Part shown: positions 1 through 9,414 of the stretch, in pieces
How positions within the stretch are numbered: the first letter of the stretch is position 1
Layout of the letters: each line of letters starts with the position of its first letter
NCBI GenBank assembly: GCA_040954595.2
Contig: CM082586.2
Span: 10,137,337 to 10,201,336, forward strand
Direction: 5' to 3'
DNA length: 64,000 nucleotides
Source of the DNA: Balanoglossus misakiensis
Lineage: Eukaryota > Animalia > Hemichordata
Position numbers and translations under genes: made by a program
The notes under the pieces: generated by a model
The model's input: the letters and a program-made list of their open reading frames with translations, nothing else
Told to the model about the DNA's origin: nothing
Database searches by the model: none

Positions 1-3000
1 TCTGATCAAATGCATTTAAATCATCATTATCAAGTTGCTCTGCAGCTGTAGTGGCTTGATCTATCAACTCTGAATTATGTTCATACTTATCTATGGTTTG
101 TGCAATAATGTGTTTGTTATGATTATAAGATTCTTGAAAGGTGGCACAACTGTTTAGAAGGTCAGAGCTTTCATTTCTCCATGGCATGTACAGCAACAAT
201 TTTTCACGACAGTAATTTTCATAGTCAACTTTCTTACTATAATTGACATAGCGTATTATACACGGATTTACACGTTCTTGTATTTTCATACCATTTTTGA
301 GAATGATATTTATTTTACTTGTCATATTGTCAGATTCTGAGTCCACACCTAAATCAGGGTCATCATGATCATCATCATTTATATCTTGTGGATAATTATC
401 AGTGCATTTGGTTGAATATGTGACTCTAAGTTTAGATGCATAATCTGCAAGACACCAATTTTCTAATGCTTTTGGCCGTCTAGCATAACGTTTGATTAGA
501 TTGTCACTTTCTATGTCAGTAGATTCTGCTGGTGTATTTTCAAGGGCAGTTTTGCTTTTGAGCAGGAATGTTCTTTGATCAGGTGGTGATGTGTTTATAA
601 ATACCACTTGTCTTGTAGCTTTAGTAAGTGACAACTGCAGGATGATGTAAGCAGCCTCTTGTGCACTGATTTCTACATTGTTAAGGAATTTATTTCCAAT
701 ATGTCTGACCTGTGCTTTCAGTTCCATATTGCCTTTTCTGGCTTCTTTGCATGCTTGGTCAAGTAATGCACTCATGCCTCTTTGGGATTTACTGATATAG
801 GATACAATGTACATGGCACAGGCGTATGGATCTAAAACAAACTGTAGATCATGATTTGCTCCCCATGCAGACAATAATAATTTCATGTAGGCATTGACAC
901 GTAAATCACTTGGTTCTCTTTTGAGAAATATTGTGGTAGTTTTGAGTGAACTCTGAATGCATTTTATGTATTCATCATGACTGATTTGCAGCTCAGTAGA
1001 TAGGAAGTCATCATATGATATTGGTTTGCCTTCTTTCATATCATCCAGTTTTTGTTTGATTTCTTCATATTTCTGTTTGTAATGTTGTTCTTCATCTGGA
1101 TCAGCATTTAATGGTGAGAGAATCATTGTTTCTGACATAGGAGGCATTGGGTATCCAAAACGACATACAGGTTTGCCTTTTACTCGGCATGTCTTAGAGT
1201 GCTTATGTGTCTGCAGATTCAATACTTCAGCCATTTCACTTGGTACATTGGAAGAACAAGATACATATATGTCAATGAAATCAATCACTTCTGTTGGTGT
1301 GTTTTGTTGATAATTTGGTGCATTCTCAATCCACATTAGCATATGGATGTGTGGTGAGCCACGTTGTTGAAATTCCACTCTGTAGAAGTAATCAGTGATT
1401 TTGCCCAATGGATCACATGGACCTCTAAGTACTGTATTGATGAATTCATGAATTCTGTGGTCAAAGAAACGAGCACATGTCACTGGGTCAGATTGAAGTA
1501 ACCTGGACTTTGTAGCCCAATCCATGGCTTTAAGTTCATCAGCAGTATATTTCTTACCATCTACAAGTGTACCCAGTATTTGATGTAAGTCAATCCACTT
1601 TGTGTCAGCACTAGACAGAGAACAAAACCATGTTGGTAAACCAAGTTGTCTAATCATTGCAAATACATCTTTCTTCCTCTTTTCTAGATAGGGTGGTGAA
1701 TTGCGCAAATCTCTGAATATGTAAAATCCGTCATCAAGTCTAAGTAAATCACTTACTCTTTCTGGATTTAATAAATCTGCAACTTTGTAAGTTCTGCCTT
1801 CAGTTTTACATCGTCTCAATGCAAGGTGGACTTTACTACTGATCTGTTTTAACTGCAGTTTCTTCACTTTGAAAAACATATTTGGTACAGAGTTTGCAAC
1901 GCGTCTATCAACATTACGCAATTCCCATTTACAAACATCACTGTAATGTACATTTGAGGTGTGGATTTGATCAATATTTCTGCGTTGTCCACAGAATATA
2001 GTTGGAAAGGCTAGATATTCTGCATCTGTATCATTGAACAGACTAAGAGGGCGTTGACCTTCACCAGAGGCAAATGTTAAAATTTGATTACGATAATCTG
2101 AATCATCAAGTAAAGTGTCCATATTAGCAACAGCTCCCTCTGCTGGATCAACCTCACTGAATTTATCAGAATCAGAATCTGATTCAGATTCAGGATCATC
2201 AGCTTGCTCTTGTTCAGTGTTTGTATTTTCAATAAATACAGCCATATCATTATCTGTGTTTTCAAATTCCTGAGACCACTTGTGATTAATTGGAATACCT
2301 GAATTTTGGTACAAAACACTGTTTTTCATGAGCCACACAAGTGCTGCCATCACTTTATTTGGTCGAATATTTTCTGTAAATTCACTTCGCGTGTACGATA
2401 GTTTTCGTTTCAGTTTGACTGGTATAGTAGCTGAATCATCTAGCATTCTTGGCAGAGCATTAACAGTAGGGGTGATATCTGTTGGAATATTGACTACCGG
2501 ACCAGATAATGACCTTTGACCTCCACGTGGCAAACTGCACATATGCATGAATGGAATTCTGAGTGCTATCAATCTTTCTTCCAAAGGGTGCAACTGTAAC
2601 TGTGGTGGAATATCAGGGAAATTAACATTATTAGCTATAGACAATCTGGGGATTTTACCAGCAGATATGGATCTGTAGCATGTGTTACACACCCACTCTA
2701 TATTGTCAACAGAAGTGTATGCAGTCAAACATTTTGATGCAATGCCTCGTTCAGATAATTTGGCAGCAGGAGTAACAGATTTTCTGAACCAAGTTTGATG
2801 ACATGATGAGCAGACATAGACAGGGCCTTGTGATACAGTTCTATGAAATATATTTATGCATGCCTGCAACGATTCCCCGCATAATTGTCGGGTCTCAAAA
2901 CCTCTATGTTTGCTAAAACCATTGTGTGTAACATGTTGTTTTTTGTCAATTTGAAATGTTTGAATTTTTTCACTGCATTTCACAAACTTCTTTTGTAAGT

Positions 3001-5314
3001 TTTCTTTTTTTCTGAAGTTTCTATCCTGTCTCTTCATTTTTCTGTAGATCTGTTGCTTTTTGTTTTCGTGCTCTTTGAAGGTTTTACTTTTGCGTGAAGT
3101 CTTGATACGTGCCTGTGACTGTATTTTCTCATTTTGTCGAAATGTGGAATTTTGACGCAGACTTTTAATGTGTTCTTTCAGTTTTGGCTTTTCTTTTTCT
3201 CGGAATGCAGGATTTTGACGCAAAGTTTTAATGTGTGCTTTAAATTTCACCTTTTCTTTCTCTCGGAATGCAGGATTTTGACGCAGAGTTTGCTTGTGTG
3301 AGTTTAATTTCACCTTTTCTTTCTCTCGGAATGCAGGATTTTGACGCAGAGTTTGCTTGTGTGAGTTTAATTTCACCTTTTCTTTCTCTCGGAATGCAGG
3401 ATTTTGACGCAGAGTGTTAATGCGTGATTTCAATTTGACCTTCTCTTTCTCTCGGAATACAGGATTTTGACGCAGAGTTTGCTTGTGTGAGTTTAATTTC
3501 ACCTTCTCTTTCTCTCGGAATGCAGGATTTTGACGCAGAGTGTTAATGCGTGATTTTAATTTGACCTTCTCTTTCTCTCGGAATACAGGATTTTGACGCA
3601 GAGTTTGCTTGTGTGAGTTTAATTTCACCTTTTCTGTCTCTCGGAATACAGGATTTTGACGCAGAGTGTAAATGCGTGATTTCAATTTGACCTTCTCTTT
3701 CTCTCGGAATACAGGATTTTGACGCAGAGTTTGCTTGTGTGAGTTTAATTTCACCTTCTCTTTCTCTCGGAATGCAGGATTTTGACGCAGAGTGTTAATG
3801 CGTGATTTTAATTTGACCTTCTCTTTCTCTCGGAATACAGGATTTTGACGCAGAGTTTGCTTGTGTGAGTTTAATTTCACCTTTTCTGTCTCTCGGAATA
3901 CAGGATTTTGACGCAGAGTGTAAATGCGTGATTTCAATTTGACCTTCTCTTTCTCTCGGAATACAGGATTTTGACGCAGAGTTTGCTTGTGTGAGTTTAA
4001 TTTCACCTTCTCTTTCTCTTGGAATGAAGGATTTTGACGCAGGATTTGTATGTGTGATTGCAATTTTTCCTTTTCTCTCTTTCTATATTGTGGGTTTGCA
4101 CGTATTGTTCTTTTTTGATATTGTTGAGATAACTTTTCTCTGTCTCTGTATTCTACATTCTGGCGCAATGTCTTTATATGTGCTTGCACTTTTGACTTTT
4201 CTCTCTCTTTGAAGTCAGGATTTTGTCTTTGTGCACATTTCCTCTCCTTGTCTCTCTTTCTTTCATTGGTTTTAAATGAAGGATCCTGTCTTTTCAACCG
4301 TTTGTATTCTCTGTCATATACCTTTCTTGATTTTCTTCTACATGAACCTGATGGAAGTGCATCAATGGTATTAGAAGTTTGCATACACTGTTTATTAGCT
4401 TGTAATTGTTTTTGTGACTCGAAATAGTTGTCTAACAGGTCTGAATGCCTTTGAGTCCGTTGATACAGTCTCTGAGAAGATGAACTCTCTATATGAATGG
4501 TTAATTCTTGAAGTTCATAAGGTGTCATGTTATTGAAGTTAAGGTTATGAAATAATGAATACAAATAGTTTGTTAAATCATTTAGAGTCGGAAAACTCAA
4601 TACCATACTTGAACCGTCAGAACATTGGAAACCATGTGAGTTTCGACTATGAGAATCAAATACGAAGTATTTGCCATCTGTTGCAGAAAGGGCCATGCTG
4701 TAGCCACCAAGTATTAACATAACTGAGTTACTAGAATTGAACATGTTAATCATAGCATCTCTGAACACCATACATCCTTGTTCATCATAGTCAGACATAC
4801 AGTCTAACATACCAAAGTACAGTCTTCCTTGTGTAATATTGAACTGCACAGAATTCATGTGAACAGTATTTGGCAATTCATCACACATTAGTATTTCAGA
4901 AAATAATTTATTACTTGCTCTGAGGTCATTTGTGGTTTTAATGTATAAATTATCACCAGCATGTAAAATGTGATCTAAGTCATTAGATGTCAATGTCATC
5001 TCTCTTTCTTTTGATATGCAAAGGAAAGCAAGGGCATTACAAGTACATTGTCTACCTCGTGAATTTATGCTGAAAATATCATTGCCTTGATGAAAACTAC
5101 CTTGGAGTACACTGTCTATTGTGTAACTTTCCCAGTGTAAAGTGTGACTATTGTGAGAGGAGTATAATTCTTGTTTGTCATGTGCATCATTTGCACTGTA
5201 GTATACACAAGAGGAATTTTGATTTGACACACTGGTCGAAGAATTCTTATTGAAGGTTGTAACTGATTGAGTGGCATTAAAACTTTTGATAATGGTACTT
5301 GAAGATGTAGACAT
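1..5314 (-). CDS. Helentron RepHel polyprotein, N-terminal part: C76/VTD-like cysteine protease, 21-aa repeats, Cys-rich/DUF6570-like region, HUH Rep (helicase expected left of the window)
   Basis: One reading frame at all checked points (open from 5506, first ATG at 5314). Motifs: GSFHQG..SRGRQCTCNAL (~5030-5100), YFVFDSHSR (~4645-4670), GPVYVCSSCHQTWF, WVCNTC, NSPPYLEKRKKDVFAMIRQLGLPTWFCSLS, DPVTCARFF, YRVEFQQRGSPHIHMLMW (HUH, ~1330-1385) and YACAMYIVSYISK (Y2, ~788-826). Not every codon was checked for stops. Confidence 0.93.
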   Translation of the reverse strand, partial: MSTSSSTIIKSFNATQSVTTFNKNSSTSVSNQNSSCVYYSANDAHDKQELYSSHNSHTLHWESYTIDSVLQGSFHQGNDIFSINSRGRQCTCNALAFLCISKEREMTLTSNDLDHILHAGDNLYIKTTNDLRASNKLFSEILMCDELPNTVHMNSVQFNITQGRLYFGMLDCMSDYDEQGCMVFRDAMINMFNSSNSVMLILGGYSMALSATDGKYFVFDSHSRNSHGFQCSDGSSMVLSFPTLNDLTNYLYSLFHNLNFNNMTPYELQELTIHIESSSSQRLYQRTQRHSDLLDNYFESQKQLQANKQCMQTSNTIDALPSGSCRRKSRKVYDREYKRLKRQDPSFKTNERKRDKERKCAQRQNPDFKEREKSKVQAHIKTLRQNVEYRDREKLSQQYQKRTIRANPQYRKREKEKLQSHIQILRQNPSFQEKEKVKLNSHKQTLRQNPVFREKEKVKLKSRIYTLRQNPVFRETEKVKLNSHKQTLRQNPVFREKEKVKLKSRINTLRQNPAFREKEKVKLNSHKQTLRQNPVFREKEKVKLKSRIYTLRQNPVFRETEKVKLNSHKQTLRQNPVFREKEKVKLKSRINTLRQNPAFREKEKVKLNSHKQTLRQNPVFREKEKVKLKSRINTLRQNPAFREKEKVKLNSHKQTLRQNPAFREKEKVKLNSHKQTLRQNPAFREKEKVKFKAHIKTLRQNPAFREKEKPKLKEHIKSLRQNSTFRQNEKIQSQARIKTSRKSKTFKEHENKKQQIYRKMKRQDRNFRKKENLQKKFVKCSEKIQTFQIDKKQHVTHNGFSKHRGFETRQLCGESLQACINIFHRTVSQGPVYVCSSCHQTWFRKSVTPAAKLSERGIASKCLTAYTSVDNIEWVCNTCYRSISAGKIPRLSIANNVNFPDIPPQLQLHPLEERLIALRIPFMHMCSLPRGGQRSLSGPVVNIPTDITPTVNALPRMLDDSATIPVKLKRKLSYTRSEFTENIRPNKVMAALVWLMKNSVLYQNSGIPINHKWSQEFENTDNDMAVFIENTNTEQEQADDPESESDSDSDKFSEVDPAEGAVANMDTLLDDSDYRNQILTFASGEGQRPLSLFNDTDAEYLAFPTIFCGQRRNIDQIHTSNVHYSDVCKWELRNVDRRVANSVPNMFFKVKKLQLKQISSKVHLALRRCKTEGRTYKVADLLNPERVSDLLRLDDGFYIFRDLRNSPPYLEKRKKDVFAMIRQLGLPTWFCSLSSADTKWIDLHQILGTLVDGKKYTADELKAMDWATKSRLLQSDPVTCARFFDHRIHEFINTVLRGPCDPLGKITDYFYRVEFQQRGSPHIHMLMWIENAPNYQQNTPTEVIDFIDIYVSCSSNVPSEMAEVLNLQTHKHSKTCRVKGKPVCRFGYPMPPMSETMILSPLNADPDEEQHYKQKYEEIKQKLDDMKEGKPISYDDFLSTELQISHDEYIKCIQSSLKTTTIFLKREPSDLRVNAYMKLLLSAWGANHDLQFVLDPYACAMYIVSYISKSQRGMSALLDQACKEARKGNMELKAQVRHIGNKFLNNVEISAQEAAYIILQLSLTKATRQVVFINTSPPDQRTFLLKSKTALENTPAESTDIESDNLIKRYARRPKALENWCLADYASKLRVTYSTKCTDNYPQDINDDDHDDPDLGVDSESDNMTSKINIILKNGMKIQERVNPCIIRYVNYSKKVDYENYCREKLLLYMPWRNESSDLLNSCATFQESYNHNKHIIAQTIDKYEHNSELIDQATTAAEQLDNDDLNAFDQ
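3136..4045 (-). repeat. Coding 63-bp minisatellite (~14 copies) giving in-frame 21-aa repeats
   Basis: CTCGGAAT(G/A)CAGGATTTTGACGCAG recurs every 63 bp. It translates to KVKLNSHKQTLRQNP(A/V)FREKE alternating with KVKLKSRI(N/Y)TLRQNP(A/V)FRE(K/T)E. Confidence 0.95.
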
Positions 5315-7939
5315 ATTATTGCTGTATGGTTCTATGCTTGACGATATTGATGTATTGTTATTGGCATTGCCGTACGAATCTGACTTCTTGAATGTTCCTT
5401 GTAGCACAGGGTGTTTTACTTTACTGGATCCACCCAAACCAGAATCAGACCCAGCTGATATGATTGGTCCATCAGCCTGTTTAAAAATAAACAAGATAAG
5501 CGACAATTAGAAAATACAGTTACCTTTAATTTCCATCACATGTCCTTATTTGACCCCTGATGAGTACTATGACAATGAGAGCCAATGACAGGTCAATTTT
5601 GCGTCATATTCAAATTGGTTTTGTGTATATCATGTACATATAAGTACTATCACTAGTATTTACATTGCAAATGTGTTCAATTAAGCTTTTGTATAAATTT
5701 GTTGTAATTTCAATACATTTTGCAAAATTTAGCTACTTGCATAATATTTGTATATCACATGTGGACAAAGACATTGCACAAATTAGTAACATGGCTATTG
5801 TCACGCCACCTCATCAAAAACTACTAGCGGCACAGGGTTGGCCTGCCATAACATTGTCTTACACTCATGTTTCACAATCATTCGAAAGCTCATTGCAACA
5901 TTGAAATTATATCACCTACAAACCTCACCTTTCTACAAAGTTCCATATCAAATAAAACTTTCCCACATAAATCTTTTCCAGTTGAACCTTTTGAAACCAC
6001 ACACTTCACCTGACAAATTTAGTCTGGAAAGTTGAACGTACCCTCTATCTACTCTGAAACTACCAAGTTTAAAACAAACTTCAAAACTGGAAAAGGTTTG
6101 TGCCTATGACTTTTCCCATATAATTACATTGAGAATACCTAGAAAACTCACTTCTACTATTTCTATGAAATATTACACATAGCTCAATCAAATAGAAATA
6201 AATGCATCCATCAAATATCGTTTGGTCACTGTATTTTTTTTAGATAAACTTTACAAGTGTTTCGCCCATAGATACACCCTCACTGAATATGCTGACTCAG
6301 CAATTTTCCTCAATTATCAACAAAATTCATGGCCTTGTATTTCAAAAGCAAACGCAGTGACATGAGAAGCCAATAATCCAAAATTGAAGACATAACGTTA
6401 CTTTCGATTTTACTGATCATTACGGACTAGCTGCTAAAAGCCTACCCTGCGACCAAACAGTGACGTTGACCAACTTTCCCCTGCTCAAATGAAGAACTCC
6501 TTTTCCTGTTTACAAGTATGTACAATTTTATAGTATGCAAATACACACATACCGATTTTTTCACAGCTGATTTTCTCCAATTCTTTTTCCTTGGCATAAT
6601 TCTGACCTTAGTAGCAAAAGACAAGAATGTGATAATATCAATAACAGCATTTTAACATCATTGGTTAGACAACTTGAAACTGCCTAGATAATATGCAAGT
6701 AAAAGCCTGGCAAAAATGTAACATGTACAATTGCTTAATTTTAACATACTCACACAACATATATTTCCATCATTTTTATAGGAGTAATTGAAACTACAAC
6801 ATCAATATGACCATCACATGTTCTAGGACTTCCAAAATAGAGAAACACTATGAAAAACTTCAGCTGAAAAATAGAATATGTAATATAATTACCTGCAATT
6901 TGATAAAAAGTGATTCTTCAAGAGCTGGTTAAGTCTCTAACTGTTCCAAAACAATGACAGGAAGTGGCTGCTCATTAGGCTGTTCCTGGCACTGCCACTA
7001 CTCCCTCACATTGCTGGCAACAGTAGCTTGATACTTTGGGGTTCAAAGTCAGCAGATAACAGCCAAGAATTTGGAATCCGCAATTACAGCATAGGGTATA
7101 CTGGCACCGCCTTACGTTGAGAGGTTTGTCAACAATAATATAGTGCAATAGTGCAAACAATATGTTTAGATAGCAACAGATCTAAAGTTATTACAATAAT
7201 GCCAACACATGTTTTGAGCTACTCCTGTGTGTTCTTTCAACTACAGAAAATCAAGCAGTCTTTCCAATGCTGCTACACCTACATAAGTATGGTGTGTGCT
7301 ACACTGCCCCAAGGTTATTTCGATACACAAATATAACTGTGACATAATCAGCTCATGTACACTCTAGGAGAGATTGCACTTAGGACTGGGTGTATCAGGG
7401 AATAGATTACACAAAAACGATGAAACAGAAAGGCAAACAGCTAAAATGGACAAACCAAAGTGTCCTCATGTAAAGAGTACCTTTCAAAGCACTGGATTTG
7501 TTCATAGAGGCAAAACCAGAAATATGCAAATATCCACAGCACAGTACAATGTCTTACTTCAGTCACCATAAGAAATATGCCTACAACATGCACAGCAATC
7601 TGCCAAGTGGATTCATAGAAACCAATTTTTGGCAAAAAATTGCAAAAAATGCACCAAGAACACAATTATGGGAATGTCACCATACTTTCACGACACCTTA
7701 ACTTGAAATGAATTTTGACCAAATATCCCCAAAATTACAAATATGCAAATTATGCAACAAATTGCCCCAAAATGACCTCAATTGCCTTTCAGTATACCAA
7801 GCTTCATTCTAAATTTTAAAGCCATTGACCCATAACTTTCAGAAAAATTTGTTTTCACCTAAAATATTGACAAAGACGAAAAAATTCATAAAAAATAAAA
7901 CATCCATGATATCAACTGAACACTTACATGTCGGTCACA

Positions 7940-8890
7940 GGCTTTTCAATTTCAGTCCCAACCCTCCAAACGCGAAGTCTGTACCTGCTCTGGATGCCAA
8001 GATATGATAAAGTAGGTCAAAGGTCACCTGAGGTCATGCAAAATTTGGGCAAGAAATTTTGACCTAATACTGGTCCATGTTCAATAAAAACCAAACCTAT
8101 AGCCTTATTGGTTAGCCTGGAATTAGGTATGCACATAATTAATGAGATATGCAGGTTTCACAGGTGACCCCCAATTGCGGCTTTTCAATTTTAGTGCCAA
8201 CCCTCCAAACGCCAAGTCTGTACCTGCTCTGGATGTCAAGATATGGTAATGTAGGTCAAAGGTCACCTGAGGTCATGCAAAATTTGGGCAAGAAATTTTG
8301 ACCCTATACTGGTCCATGTTCAACAAAAACCGAACCTATAGCCTTATTGGTTAGCCTGGAATTAGGTATGCACATAATTAATGAGATATGCAGGTGTCAC
8401 AGGTGACCCCCAATTGCGGCTTTTCAATTTTAGTCCCAACCCTCCAAACGCCAAGTCTGTGCCTGCTCTGGATGTCAAGATTTGGTAATGTAGGTCAAAG
8501 GTCACCTGAGGTCATGCAAAATTTGGGCAAGAAATTTTGACCCTATACTGGTCCATGTTCAACAAAAACCGAACCTATAGCCTTATTGGTTAGCCTGGAA
8601 TTAGGTATGCACATAATTAATGAGATATGCAGGTGTCACAGGTGACCCCCAATTTCGGCTTTTCAATTTCAGTCCCAACCCTCCAAACGCCAACTCTGTA
8701 CCTGCTCTGGATGCCGAGATATAGGAAAGTAGGTCAAAGGTCACCTGAGGTCACCCAAAATTTGGGCAAGAAATTTTGACCCTATACTGGTCCATGTCCC
8801 ACCAGAACAAAACCTCTAGCCCTATTAGTTAGCCCGGAATTAGGTATGCACATAATTAATGTGTTAAGCAGGTGTTACAGGTGAGCCCAA
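7940..8890. repeat. 239-bp tandem repeat, ~4 copies, in the Helentron subterminal arm
   Basis: GGCTTTTCAATTT.AGT.CCAACCCTCCAAACG recurs at ~7940, 8179, 8418 and 8657. Confidence 0.95.
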
Positions 8891-9132
8891 AAATTTCCCT
8901 TTTATTTTGGCCCCATTGTGCTCACTGACCAATAGACAATCACTGTACAGGACTATTGCACAGACCAGAATCCCACAATAAGACGTGGACATAGCTTAAC
9001 CATAGAGGTATAAGTAAAGGTATAAATTTAATAAAAAGACTAAAAAATCTTTAAAAATAAAACATCCATGATATCAACTTAACACTAAAAGGTCGGTGTG
9101 AGGTTGACATATGGTACATGCATACCAATTTT

Positions 9133-9414
9133 CAAAGCAATCTGACCAGTAATTGTTGACTTACAGAGTTTTGATCAATTCCACATTTTACCAGCTAATT
9201 TGCATATTTTTGGGCCTGGCAACTTCGTTTGGACAAACTCCAATCTACAGCCCAGCCTGCACCTACACACCAAATATTGAGGTGATACGCGCAGCGGTTT
9301 TCAAGTTTTTGATGTGGACGGACATACAGACATACATCCATACATCCATACATCCATCCATACATACATACAGACGCAACCCATGGTATATAGGCCTATA
9401 CCAATGGGACCTAA
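9133..9414 (-). mobile_element. Helentron/HINE-type 5' terminal module (hairpin, microsatellite, core)
   Basis: Hairpin at 9380-9412 and (CATA/CATC)n at 9323-9372. Homologous in inverted orientation to 20267-20563. Confidence 0.8.

Larger units (their letters stand above)
1..9414 (-). mobile_element. Helentron/Helitron2-type rolling-circle transposon, 5' portion (continues beyond left edge)
   Basis: Rep ORF at <1-5314. The non-coding arm contains a 239-bp tandem repeat, a (CATA/CATC)n microsatellite and a terminal hairpin (minus strand TTTTTTAGGTCCCATTGGTATAGGCCTATATACCATGGG) that ends in a T-run, matching DINE-1/HINE/Helentron 5' architecture. Linking the terminus to the ORF is an inference. 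Confidence 0.75.

Noticed and set aside
2077-5510. Short ORFs in the track overlapping the Helentron gene
   Set aside because: They are antisense or off-frame shadows of the long minus-strand RepHel frame.
9380-9402. CCATGG and ATAGGCCTAT shared between the Helentron hairpin and the 132-bp satellite
   Set aside because: Short palindromes with different spacing and no flanking similarity; the 20.27-kb copy lacks the exact motif.
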